From positions 135,906,001 through 135,970,000 of the forward strand of contig CM059431.1 in assembly GCA_030390025.1 (NCBI GenBank): 64,000 bases of DNA, read 5' to 3'. Source of the stretch: Squalus acanthias (taxonomy: Eukaryota). This document shows positions 11,620 to 24,600 of the stretch, piece after piece. Position 1 is the stretch's first letter, and each line of letters starts with the position of its first letter. The notes under the pieces were generated by a model. The model made no database searches, was not told the DNA's origin, and saw only the letters and a program-made list of their open reading frames with translations. The position numbers and the translations under genes are program-made.

Positions 11620-12980
11620 CAATCCGGTGCCCCGGGAGGTATGGAGGCTTGTGCTCCTGGGGCTCTCCGGGTCCGCGCAGGCAGAGCCCCACGTATCCCA
11701 GGGGCGCATGCGGTTCGCGAGCGCCCCTGGGATCACATGGGCCGGCCCAACCAATAAAAGAAGGGAATCCCCATTCATACTTCTGGGAGTTGCGTACGTA
11801 CAGAACTCCCATAAGTATGAATGGGGATCACTTAAAAAATACACAATACACATGTAATAATTTTGTTTTTAATTACATATTTAAAATTAATTAAAAAGCC
11901 ATTTAATTAAATTTTTTAAACGAAAATTTAAAATTTTTGGAAAAATAAAAATGGGTCAGAAATTCGGGTCTCCACGGGTGAGTACGCGCTGTGTACTCAC
12001 CCGTAGACCCAACGAAAGTGCCGTTTTCACGCATGCACTGCGCATGCGCTGGAAACCGGAACTTCCGTTCCCCTGAAGGAAGGGGTTCAGAGGTCGAACG
12101 CGTGCGCCGGAGAGGCAGCGCGCACGCAGCAAACTTCGGGTTTTTTTTCAGGTTTCTCCGTGAGGGTAAGTACGGAGAAGCTGCGCAGGAAAAAAGGAGG
12201 CGCAAGGCCTGCTTTTAACAAGGTAAGTGGTGAATTAAGTACAATTTAAACATTTTTTCAACAGGTTTATCTTTTTTACATACTTCAAAGAAAGGTAAGT
12301 TTATTTTTAGCACCGTTAAAAAGTGTAATTAATTTTTTCAAAAGTTTAAATTTTTGTTTAAAGTAGTTAATTTATGTAATTTATAGTTATTTTAAAAATG
12401 TGATGTTTTTTTTTAATTTATTTGAAGTTTTAGTGAGGTTTTGGGGCTGATCTCTATTCATAGATTGGACAGGTCTTCCTGTCAAAATCTATGAATGAAG
12501 ATTCCCTGCTCCGATTGGCTCTCCATGGCCCACGTGATCCCAGGGGACGCTTCGAACTAACTGCGCCCCTGGGATACGCAAGCACTGCGCGCCGGCAGCT
12601 GCAGGAGGCCCAGGAGCCGAATTCCACGCGGGCCTGAAGCACAACGGCAGGCGCGCTAGGTAAGTACATGCGCGATCCTTGCACCCGCGGGAAGCCGGAG
12701 AGCCAAATTTCTGGCCCAATGTATATGTTTTAACAGGGCTAAAAATAAACTTACCTTATTGGACAGTTTTTAATATATAAATAAGTGATAAAATTTTATT
12801 TTTCTATTTTTTAAAACTCTTATGCTGGTAAAAGCAGGCCTTATAGCGGGTGGAGGTTGGGCAAATAGCGCAACTCTCCACCCGCAGAGGCCCATCTCCC
12901 GGGGATGCAGAGGATCTGTCAAGAGGATTCTTAACAGATCGCAAGTTCCATGTTTTCGTGGGGATCGCAAAATATGGCCC
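11620..12980 (-). mobile_element. Non-autonomous Harbinger-type element (hairpin family), left end not found, interrupted by 11953..12717
   Basis: End ...GCAAAATATGGCCC; shares the ATCCCAGGGG/CCCCTGGGAT and ATTCATA/TATGAAT hairpins with the inner element in opposite orientation. Confidence 0.7.
11953..12717 (+). mobile_element. Non-autonomous Harbinger-type MITE (hairpin family), 765 bp
   Basis: TIRs GGGTCAGAAATT / AATTTCTGGCCC; perfect AAT target-site duplication. Confidence 0.92.
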
Positions 12981-14012
12981 AGTATGTTATGTCTCGGGTT
13001 GATTTTACACCAGGACTGTCTCGGTGTGAGAATTTACACTGTGACTAAACTAAAATCAATGCACAACTTTTGTATTCTTTGTTTTTTTTAAAAATGCTTC
13101 AATTTCAAAAATATTTTCTAGCTAGATCATTAATTATTTGTTAACTGTTTTTACGTAGTCTGTTCATTTGTGCATGTTTGTACCTGCGCCATTATTGTTA
13201 AATGGTTGTATCTGGGCCGGACCATTCTTCAGGCAAACTTTTTTTTTATGTTTCATGTTTCAATTCATGCAGACAAAGGTGAGCTGTGGATGTGTAACCC
13301 AAGAAGACAGTCTTGAACTGTAAATGTTGATGTGAATGAGTGCCTAACTAAAGCTGAACAATACCAAGGCAGGAGGGGTAGGGAAGCACTTTTTAATCTT
13401 AAAGTAGGCCACAGTTCTGCAAGCGCTTTTGCTCCTATGGAAAGTGGTTTTGATTACACTTCAATGAAAAAGTAGTGGTATAACCTAAGACATAATTAAG
13501 GCTACTAAAGGTGTGAGGCATGAGTCTCGTATGGTTTATGTTTGCACAGAGTGCACGTTAACTCCAGCTTTAGTTTCTCACCACCTCTCAACAAATGTTG
13601 GAAACAAAGTTATTGCTAATGTCTGGTGTAATAATAAGAAAACTTAACAGAACAAGTTATTTGCTTCATCAAGTGTTTTCCTTCCACCAACCATATCCAG
13701 TCTATCCATTTTTGTTTTTGGGATGAGACATTGAGCTCGATTTTGCCAGTGTGGGTGGGCTGGAGCGTGTCAGGTGAGAGTCGTGTCAGGACCCTGACTC
13801 CTAAGTGAAGTGTTGAAAAATTGCGATTTTCCCCTAATTAGGCAATTGATTTCCAGCGTGTGGGAACCCCTGGCCCAATGAGTCTTTTCATACAAAAAGT
13901 TGCCTCCGACAACGTCATCAATGCTGCTGGATTTAAGGCCTGCAAGCAGCCTTGCTTCTTCTGGAGACTGGAAACGCTTTGGAAATTGTATGAAGGACTT
14001 CATTTACCAACC

Positions 14013-15270
14013 ATGTCCACCAGCAAGTAAAAGTGTGCACCTCGCTTTGATGAGCCCTCCCTCCAAGCTCTGGTGCAGGGAGCAAGACCTAATAAGGAGG
14101 TGCTCTTCCCTTCCTCAGGAAGAAAAAAGCCACCCCAGCAGACTAAAGCTGTGTGGCTGCAAGTGGCCGAGGAGGTCAACTCCATTTCGCTGAGCCGCAG
14201 AACCTGGCTGCAATGCAGGAAGAGGTTTCATGACCTTCTCCGCACAGGAAAAGTGAGTATGACTTTCCCATCACCCTCAATCTGATCCCCATCGCCTCTC
14301 CTCACCAGCACTCTGCTTTGCCAACCTCTTCCTCCACATCCCACTTGACACTGACATCCCTGCACCCTTACCCATTCCCTCTCTCTCTATGGTCACATTC
14401 ACTTAACTATTCTACCATGCAGCCCTCACACTCTCTATCACTGTGATGAAATGACAACAACTTACAACACACAGGGAGGGTCCTTTGTCACCTTCTAAGC
14501 ATCTATGCTATGGATTCTCTCCACTCACTCCTTCATTCTCACTCAAACTCCACTTGTGTCCCTCATTGCAGGAAAAGAGAGCCCACAATAAGAAGGAAAG
14601 TGCCATGACAGGAGGAGGGCCACCCTCAGTAGCCCAGCTCACCGCCTGGGAGGAGGCGGCACTGGAAATCGCCAGGATCGAGGAGGATTCCCAAGTGGGG
14701 GACGGACAGACAGGCGCATCACAGCAAGCTGGTGACAGAATAGTTAGGCATCTCTCTCATTGACATTGCATGAGTCACTGATAATGAATCTGATGCTCTA
14801 ACAGATTGGCTTATGATCATCTGCACTATTCAATGTGCATGTAACCTTGACCTCACATCTCCAACTCTTTCCTTTACTCCCCCACAGGACCATCGAAAGT
14901 CCCCATCCCCACTGTCCAGGAGGAAGAGCCTGAGCTTCCAGACTCCTCAGAGGAAGCTGCAACCTCTGAGGGTGCAGCATCAGCAGAATTCAGTGCACCC
15001 AGCACCAGCGCAGACACTCACACCTCGGTGGGACCCTCGCGAGATAGAGTAGTGTTGGCACCTGGTGCATCACAGCTCACAAGTGAGCATCAGCAAATGG
15101 TGGAGACAGGGTCAGCAGTGGAGAGTCCTCGTCGGAGGGCGCAGGACTCTGCCAGCTCGGCTCAGCTGCATGTCGACCCTGTGCCTCCGGGTCCATCCAG
15201 AAGGAGAGCGGTGCTGGAACTCCAGGAACAGGTGCAGGAGTCTCTGGCAGGTTTTGTCTCCAGGGTCTGT
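14013..15270 (+). pseudogene. Harbinger Myb/SANT-like gene, family C (exons ~14013-14252, 14572-14731, 14888-truncated)
   Basis: WLQVAEEVNS...RTWLQCRKRFHDL|GT and AG|EKRAHNKKESAMTGGGPP; same intron positions as family A. Confidence 0.8.
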
Positions 15271-15299
15271 TAAAAAGCATACGGGATCCTTGGCATATA

Positions 15300-18200
15300 T
15301 TACATTCTGAAGGGGGAGGGTGAACAGCCAGAGGTCGTGGTCCATATCGGTACCAACGACATAGGTAGAAAGAGGGACGAGGTCCTGCAAGCAGAATATA
15401 GGGAGCTAGGAAATAATTTAAAAAGCAGGACCTCAAAGGTAGTAATCTCAGGATTACTCCCAGTGCCACGTGCTAGCGAGAGCAGAAATAAGAGAATAGA
15501 CCAGATGAATGCGTGGCTGGAGAGATGGTGTAGGAGGAGGGATTTAAATTCCTGAGGCATTGGGACCGATTCTGGGGAAGGTGGGACCTGTACAAGCTGG
15601 ACGGGTTACACTTTGGCAGAAACAGGACCAACATCCTCACAGGGGGGTTTGCTAGTGCTGTTGGGAAGGATTTAAACTAGTTTGTCAGGGGGCTGGGAAC
15701 CTAAGTCTGGGCCCAGAACGGAGAGAAACAAAGCTGGAAGTGCAAGTTAGAAAAGTAGTCAACAAAACTAGTAGGGAGCAGAAACAAAGGCCAACAGTAA
15801 AGAGGGTCAAAGTGCAGAAAAATATTAAACAGGCAAAGTTGAAGGCACTTTATCTAAATGCACGTAGCATTCGCAACAAGGTGGATGAATTAATGGCACT
15901 AATAGAAGTAAATGGGTATGATGTAATGCCATTACAGAGACATGGTTGCAGGGTAACCAAAGCTGGGAACTGAATGTTCCAGGGTACTCAATATTTAGGA
16001 AGGACAGACAAAAAGGAAAAAGAGGTGGCGTAGCGCTGTTAATAAGGGATGAGATCGGTACGGTAGAGATAAAAGATCTTGGCTTAGCAGATCGTGATGT
16101 AGAACTGGAATCAGTTTGTGTGGAGCAAAGAAACAGCAAAGGGCGGAAAACATTGGTGGGAGTTGTGTATAGGCCACCAAACAGTTATGGTAATGTAGGG
16201 CACAGTATCAATCAAGAGATTAGAAGTGCATGTAACAAGGGCAATACGGTAATGACGGGGGACTTTAATCTACATATTGACTGGGCAAATTAAATTATCA
16301 CTAATGGTGTGGAGGACGAATTCTTGGAATGCATGCGAGATGGTTTCCTGGATCAGTATGTGGAGGAACCAACCAGGGAACAGGCTATTCTGGATCTGGT
16401 ACTGTGTAATGAGAAAGGGCTAATCAATAATCTTGTGGTAAAGGGGCCTTTAGGGACAAGTGACCATAATATGATTGAATTTTACATTAAGTTTGAGAGT
16501 GATGTAGTTCAATCTGAAACTAAGGTCTTCAATCTAAACAGAGGAAACTACAAGGGTATGAGGGACAAGTTGGCCATGGTAGATTGGGAGACTACACTAA
16601 AAGATATGAAGGTGGACATACAATGGCTAACATTCAAGGAAATAATGCATAATTTGCAACAAACATATATTCCTCTAGGGCATAAAAACCCAAAAGGATA
16701 GGTGATCCAACCATGGCTAACAAAAGAAATTAAAGCTAGTATTAAGTCAAAGGAGGAAGCTTATAAAGTTGCCAGAAAAAGCGGCCAGCCTGAGGATTGG
16801 GATCTTTTTAGAAATCAGCAAAGGGGGACCAAGGAATTGATAAAGAAAGGGAAAATGGAATATGAGCACAAACTAGCGAAAAATATAAAAACGGATTGTA
16901 AAAGCTTCTATAGGTATGTGAAAAGGAAAAGACTGGTGAAGGTAAATATAGGTCCTTTACAGTCAGAGACGGGAGAATTTATAATGAGGAATGAGGAAAT
17001 GGCGAGAGAAATTAAATAAATACTTTGTTTCTGCCTTCACGGAGGAAGACACAAAAAACCTCCCAGAAATACGAGAAAACAAAGGGTGTGATGAGAATAA
17101 GGAACTTAAAGAAATTATTATTAGTAAAAAAACAGTACTAGCAAAATTAATGGGACTAAAAGTCGACAAATCCCAAGGACCGGATGACCTACATCCTAGG
17201 GTTTTGAAAGAGGTGGCCATTGAATAGTGGACGCATTGGTTGTCATCTTCCAAACTTCTATAGATTCTGGAACGGTTCCTGCAGATTGGAGGATAGCAAA
17301 TGTAACCCCGCTATTTAAGAAAGGAGGGAGAGAGAAAACGGGGAACTACAGACCTGTTAGCCTTACATCAGTAGTTGGGAAAATGTTGGAATCTATTATA
17401 AAGGATGCAATAACTCGGCACTTAGAAACTAATAGTAAGATTGGGCAGAGTCAACATGGATTTATGAAAGGGAAATCCTGTTTGACAAACCTATTGGAGT
17501 TCTTTGAGGATGTAACTAGTGGAGTAGACAAAGGGGAACCGGTAGATGTGGTGTATCTGGATTTTCAGAAGGCCTTCGATAAGGTCCCACACAAGAGGTT
17601 GGTGAACAAAATTAGGGCACATGGAATTGGGGGTAATATACTAGCATGGATTGAGAATTGGTTAACAGACAGAAAACAAAGAGTAGGGATAAACAGGTCT
17701 TTTTCAGGATGGCAGGCTGTGACTAGTGGGGTACCGCAAGGATCGGTGCTTGGGCCCCAGCTATTCACAATCTATATCAATGATTTGGATGAGGGGACTA
17801 AATGTAACATTTCCAAATTTGCTGATGACACAAAGCTAGGTGGCAGTGTCAGTTGCGAAGAGGATGTGAAGAGGTTTCAAGGGGATCTCGACAGGCTCAG
17901 TGAGTGGGCGAGAACATGGCATATGGAATATAATGTGGATAAATGTGAAGTTATCCACTTTGGTAGAAAAAACAGAAAGGCAGAGTATTTCCTAAATGGT
18001 GAAAGATTGGGGAATGCAGATTCTCAAAGGGACCTGGGTGTCCTTGTACATGAGTCACTGAAAGTGAATGTGTAGGTGCAGCAAGCCATTAGGAAGGCAA
18101 ATGGTATGCTGGCCTTCATTACAAGAGGATTTGAGTACAGGAGTAAAGAAGTCTTACTCCAATTATATAGGGCCTTGGTGAGACCACACCTGGAGTACCG

Positions 18201-18755
18201 TGTATAATTTTGGTCTCCTTACCTAAGGAAGGATATACTTGCCATAGAGGGAGTGCAACGAAGGTTCACGAGATTGATTCCTGGGATGGCGGGACTGTCG
18301 TATGAGAAGAGATTGAGTAAACTAGGCCTGTATTCTCTTGAATTCAGAAGAATGAGAGGGGATCTCATTGAAGCATACAAAATTATTACAGGGCATGATA
18401 GGATGGATGCTGGGAGAATGTATCCCTTAGCTGGAGAGTCTAGAACCAGGGGCCACAGCCTCAAGATAAAGGGTAGGCCATTCAGGACTGAGATTAGAAG
18501 AGATTTCTTCACACAGAGGGTGGTGAATCTTTGGAATTCTCTACCCCAGAGGGGTGTGGAGGCTCAGTCATTGGGTATATTCAAAACAGAAGTTGATAGA
18601 TTTCTGACTAGTAAGGGCATCAAGGGATATGGCGATAGGGCCAGTGAATGGAGTTGAGGCAGAAGATCAGCCATGATCTCATTGAATGGCGGAGCAGGCT
18701 CGAAGGGCCGAATGGCCCACTCCTACTCCTATTTCTTATGTTCTTATGTTCTTAT
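15300..18755 (+). mobile_element. 5'-truncated CR1 (ORF1 esterase end and complete but disrupted ORF2)
   Basis: APE motifs (LNARSI, GDFN, SDH), RT motifs (QGSVLGP, FADD); (TTCTTATG)n tail. Confidence 0.95.
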
Positions 18756-19019
18756 GGAGGCGGGATTGGGCCTGCCCGCCATTTCTTGCGATTTTACCAC
18801 CTCACGCCTCCAAACCCGCCTCCTCGTGCTTGGCAAAATCGAGCCCATTAAATCTGCTCCTGTGGTTTAGATGGATTCATAAGGGAAAGCCAGCTCGGAT
18901 ATGTTAAAGGCAAATCATGTCTGACTAACCTGACTGAGGTAGCATGGGATGTGTGAGACTTTGCCCAGAATGTATATTGAAGTGAGGTCCCTTCTCTCTA
19001 AACCTCCAGACCTTGACAT

Positions 19020-20350
19020 AGAATCATAGAAATCTACAGCATAGAGATTTAAAGCACATTCGGTCCATCGTGTCTGCGCTGGTTGAAAAATAGCTATCAG
19101 CCTAATCCTACTTTCCAGCTCTTGGGTCTTAGCCTTGCAGGTTACGGTACTTCAAGTGCATATCCAAGTACTTTTTAAATGTGATGAGGGTTTCTGCCTC
19201 TACCACCCTTTCAGGCAGTGCGTTCCAGACCCCCACCACCCTCTGGGTGAAAAGATTTCTCCTCAACTCCTCTCTAAGCCTTCTACCAATTACTTTAAAT
19301 CTATGCCCTCTGGTTATTGACCTCTCTGCTAGGGGAAATAGATCCTTCTGATCCACTCTATCTAGGCCCCTCATCATTTTATGCACCTCGATTAAGTCTC
19401 CCCTCAGCTCCTCTGTTCCAAAAAAAACAACCCCAGCCTATCCAATCTTTCCTCATAGCTAAAATTCTCCAGATCTGGCAACATCCACATAAATCTCCTC
19501 TGTACCCTCTCTAGTGCAACCACATCTTTCCTGTAATGAGGTGACCAGAACTATATGAAGTACTCTAGCTGTGGCCTAACTAATGTTTTATTCAGTTCAA
19601 GCATAACCTCTCTGCTCTTATAAGAACATATAAGAACATAAGAAATAGGAACTGGAGTAGGCCATTTGGCCCTTCAAGCCTGCTTCGCCATTTGACAAGA
19701 TCATGGCTGATCTTCTATCTCAACTCCACCTTCCCACACTATCCCCATATCCCTGAATTCCCTTAGTTCCCAAACATTTATTGACTTCTGTCTTGAATAT
19801 ACTCAATGACTAAGCATCCACAGCTCTCTGGGGTAGAGAATTCCAAAGATTCAAAACCCTTTGAGTGAAGAAATTTCTCCTCATCTCAGTCCTAAATGGC
19901 TGACCCCATTATACCTCTTATAGTCTATGCCTTGGCTAATATAGGAAAGCATCCCATATGCCTTCTTAAGCATCTTGTCTACCTGTCCTGCTACCTTCAG
20001 GCATCTGTGGACATGCACTCCAAGGCCCCTCTGTTCCTCTACGTTTCTCAGTATCCTACCATTTATTGTGTATTCCCTTGCCTTGTTAGCCCTCCCCAAA
20101 TGCATTACCTCACACTTCTCCAGTTGAATTCCATTTGCCACTTTTCTGCCCACCTGACCAGTCCATTGATATCTTCCTACAGTCCTCACTATCAACCACA
20201 CGGCCAATTTTTGTATCATCTGCAAACTTCTTAATCATGCCCTCTACATTGAAATCTAAATCATTGATACATACCACAAAAAACAAGGGACCTAGTACTG
20301 AGCCCTCTGGAACCCCAGTGGAAACAGCCTTCTAGTCACAAAAACACCAT
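19020..20350 (-). mobile_element. CR1 3' fragment with a second CR1 3' end nested at ~19620-19910
   Basis: ORFs 19129 and 19881 encode the CR1 C-terminus; reverse tails ATAGAATC and AAGAACAT. Confidence 0.85.
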
Positions 20351-20587
20351 CTTTGTTAATCAATTTAACCTGATCTTTCCTGTTTTGAATTTACAAAGAT
20401 ACAGGAGATGGAACAGGAACCTGGACAATCTGAGATAGTTAATGTGACCTTGCTAATAGGTGCTAATGTGTTAGCTTCAATGCCTCTGTTGTTCTGGCCA
20501 ATCTGCTATTAACACCTCACATGGGACGAGGCCCAACCCATCTGTTTTGTCCTACTCCACCATTGTCCCAACTAATCTTCAATATTA

Positions 20588-20678
20588 AATAAAAACAGAA
20601 AATGCTGGAGACACTCAGCAGGTCAGGCAGCATCTGTGAAGAGAGAAACAGAGTTAACGTTTCAGGTCGATGACCTTT
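20588..20678. repeat. Short interspersed repeat fragment, possibly a Penelope-type terminal repeat
   Basis: AAAACAGAAAATGCTGGA...CAGGCAGCATCTGTG...AACGTTTCAGGT, recognised from memory only. Confidence 0.4.
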
Positions 20679-21069
20679 ATATATTAGCCTATCCTAATCG
20701 GACAATGACCCTGAGATGTTATGATTAACTTTGATGGGACACCTGGCAGAGCAAAACAAATTCTAACACGAGACACGTGTAATATAGTTTTCGTAAGAGC
20801 TGTGACCTGTTAGAGACTAAATAAAGCCATTAATGAAGTTTAGAAACCAAAAAAAAGCAACTGATTTCATGATTTTTAAGAATGTGTTGATTGTCTCATG
20901 ATTTGAGATAGTGGGGTGGCAATACAGCATTACTGGATATATGCTTTTAAGTGGTTGCTGTTGCTATCGTTGTTGTAAAAGTTGTTGTTGTAAAATTTGC
21001 CAACGGACAAAAAGGGCAGACTCAAAGGAGTTTGTGGCCCACTCAGTACAAAAAAAATTAGAGGGAACA

Positions 21070-21325
21070 TTGGAAATGACATGAAATATTTTCACTCAAA
21101 GAGTTGTCGGGATCTGGCATGCACTAACTGAAAAGGTGGTGGAAGCTGATTCTATGAATAATTTGAGTTGGACAGGTACTTGATGACGAGGAACTTACAG
21201 GGTTATGGACAGAAAACGGGGGGGGGGGGAGGTAGGATTAAGCACAACTGCTCTTTCAAAGAGCCAGAATAGGCGCAATGGGCCGAATGGCCTCATTCTG
21301 TGCTGTAAGTTTCCATTTTTCTATC
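21070..21325 (+). mobile_element. CR1 3' end
   Basis: FTQRVVGIW-like sequence and the GGGCCGAATGGCCT 3'UTR. Confidence 0.75.
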
Positions 21326-21655
21326 AGAATCCCAGTCTAACCTGGCAAAGGAAGGAGGGAAAAGAATGCTAGTATAACCTGGGATAGGATGGCGAAGAAT
21401 TCCAGTAGAACCTGGGGAAGGAAGGAGAAGAATCTCACTAAAACCTGGTGAAAGAAGGATGGAGAAGAATCCTAGTGTAATCAGGGGAAGGAAGGATGGA
21501 GAATGATCCCAGTATAAACTGGGGAACTAAGGAGGGAGCTTGCTAGTCTAATCTGGGGAAGGAAGGAGGAAGAAGTATCCCAGTACAACCTGGTCAAGGA
21601 AGGATGGAGAATGATCCCAGTATGAACTGGGGAAGGAAGGATCGAGAAGAATCCA
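21326..21655. repeat. Degenerate ~34-bp minisatellite
   Basis: GAAT(C)CCAGTATAACCTGGGGAAGGAAGGA-type units. Confidence 0.8.
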
Positions 21656-24600
21656 GACATGAGTTCAAATCCCACCACGGCAGCTGTGGAATTTAAATTC
21701 ATCAAATAAATCTGGAATGATGTCAAGGACATTAGTAATGGTGACCGTGAAACTGCCGGATTGTCGTTAAAAACCCATCTGGTTCACTACTGTCCTTTAG
21801 GGAAGGAAATCCACCGTCCTTATCTGGTCAGGCCTATGTGACTCCAGACCCACAGCTTGACTCTTCTGCCCTCTGGAATGGCCTAGCAAGCCACTCAGTT
21901 GTAACGAACCGATACAAAAAACAATAATAAGAATAAAAGTGGATGGATCACCCGGCATCGACCGAAGCAGCGGATTCAGACACGACAAGGCACAACCAAC
22001 CCAGTCAACCCTGCAAAGTCCTCCTCACTAATATCTGCGGACTTGTGCCAAAATTGGGAGAGCTGGGAGATGATTCAAGCAACAGCCTGACAGAATCATA
22101 ACTTTCAGCCAACGTCCCAGGATCCTCCATCACTATCCTTGGGTATGTCCTGTTCCACTGGCAGGACAGACCCACCAGAGGTGGCAGCACAGTGGTAAAC
22201 AGCTGGGAAGGAGTAGTCTTTGGAGTCCTCAACATTGACTCCAGACCCCATGAAGTCTCATGGCATCAGGTCAAACATGGGCAAGGAAACCTGATTACCA
22301 ACTACCACCCTCCCTCAGCTGATGAATCAGTACTCCTCCATGTTGAACACCACTTGGAAGAAGCATTGAGGGTAGCAAGGGCACAGAATGTACACTGGGT
22401 GGGGAACTTCAATGTCCATCACCAAGACTGGCTCAGTAGCACCACTACTGACCGAGCTGGCCGAGTCCTGAAGGACGTAGCTGCCAGACTGGGCCTGTGA
22501 CAGATGGTGAGAGAACCAACATGAGGGGAAAACCTACTTGACCTTGTCCTCACCAATCTACCTGCCACAGCATACATCTGTCCATTACAGTATTGGTAGG
22601 AGTGACCACCGCACAATCCTTGTGGAGACAAAGTCCCGTCTTCACACTGAGGACACCCTCCATTGTGTTGTGTGGCACTACCACCATGCTAAAACTGGGC
22701 ATCCATGAGGCGCTCTGGGCCATCAGCAGCCACAGAATTATATACCACCACAATCTGTAAACTCATGGCCCGGCATATCCCTCACTCTACCATTACCATC
22801 AAGCTAGGGGACCAACCCTGGTTCAATGAGGAGTGTAGAAGAGCATGCCAGGAGCAGCACCAGGCATACCTAAAGATAAGGGGGGGAAAATTCAGTTGGT
22901 TGCGCCTCCCGTTAGCGCCTAAAAGAGGGCGCTAATGGGGCGCAAATCAACTAGCGCCCAGGCACGGCGATGTTTGCGCCGCTCGCGAAATTAACTAGAC
23001 ACTTTGCGGCGGCACTAAACACTACCACCACGATCTCCTGCGCCGGCAGATCGTGACGTCAGTGGAGTGCGCAACGCCCCGGTATCACCCCGGAGCGGAT
23101 ATTGAGTGGCGCCCCCTGCCTTACCACCTGACGCTAGCAACGACATGTTGAGGGGAGTGTTTTGCAGTCATGAAGGGACTGGGGGAGCGCTATTTAAAGG
23201 CGACCGCTTCCTGCCTTTTATTGTTGGTGCCATTTTTGAACCACGCATTCTGAGAGAGAGGGAGAGAGTCTTCTGGAGAGATTCAACGCTGTGTGAAGGA
23301 GTTTTGGGTACTGAGCAGCACTTTGCAGTTTCATTTTGATTTGCCATTTCTTGTATCGATTTAGAAGAGACTGTGGGGACTGCACTCTGTGCTCTTTCCC
23401 TGGTACTCTCCATTGTTCTTTCCAGCAGATTTGATGTGCAGGTCTCTCCAGGCCGAGATTCAAGGCTGCAATGAGCAGGATGTGGATGGAAAGCAAGATC
23501 AACCATCCCCTTTAAGAACTGGCCAGCGCCATTGTGTGTGTGTTCCGTTGCTGACTGACATCACATGAGCTTCGCCAGCGCCCTGAGGTAGTGCCTCGCT
23601 CCTCGGCCATTGCGCCTTAAGACAGGTGTGAAGCGCCTGATTTAGCGCTCCAATCACCTCCAGGGGCAATAAAAGTCAAGTTTGCAGTCGGTGGTGAAAA
23701 TTAGTGCCAGGCGCTAATCTTTGCGCCCGGCCGATAATTGCGCCCCAAATGGGGCGATACTGAATTTCTCCCCCAAGGTGCCTTACATCACAAGACTACA
23801 TGCATATCAAACAGCGGAAGTAGTATGCTATAGACAGAGCTAAGCAATCCCACAACCAACAGATCAGATCAAAGCTCTACAGTCCTGCCACTTCCAGTCG
23901 TGAATGGTGGTGGACAATTAAACAACTAACGGGAGGAGGAGGCTCCATGAATATCCACATCCTCAATGATGGCGGAGCCCAGCACGTGAGTGCAAAAGAC
24001 CATCTTCAGCCAGAAGTGCCGAGTTGATGACCCATCTTGGCCTCCTCCTGAGTGCCCCTCCATCACAGAAGCCAGTCTTCAGCAAATTCAATTCACTCCA
24101 CGTGATATCAAGAAACAGCTGAGGGCACTGGATATAGCAAAGGCTATGGACCCGACAACATCCCGGCTATCGTGCTGAAGACTTGGGCTCCAGAACTAGC
24201 TGCGTCTCTAGCCAGATGCTACAACACTGGCATCTAACTGACAAAGTGGAAAATTGCCCAGGTATTTCCTGTCCACATAAAGCAGGACAAATCCAATCCG
24301 GCCAATTACCGCCCCATCAGCCTACTCTCAATCATCAGTAAATTGATGGAAAGTGTCGTTGACAGTGTTATTAAGCAGCACTTACTCACCAATAACCTGC
24401 TCACCAATGCTCAGTTTAGGTTCCATCAGGACCACTCGTCCCCAGACTTCATTAAAGCCTTGGTCCAAACATGAGCTGAGTTCTAGAGGTGAGGTAAGAG
24501 TGACTGCCCTTCACATCAAAGCAGCATTTGACCGAGTGTAGCATCAAGGAGCCCTAGTAAAATTGAAGTCAATGGCAATCAGGGGGTAAACTCTCCACTG

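Larger units (their letters stand above)
13733..18846 (+). mobile_element. Harbinger family C element with a Myb-like gene remnant; transposase region replaced by a CR1
   Basis: 16-bp TIR GAGCTCGATTTTGCCA / TGGCAAAATCGAGCCC (1 mismatch); ATT TSD. Confidence 0.88.
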
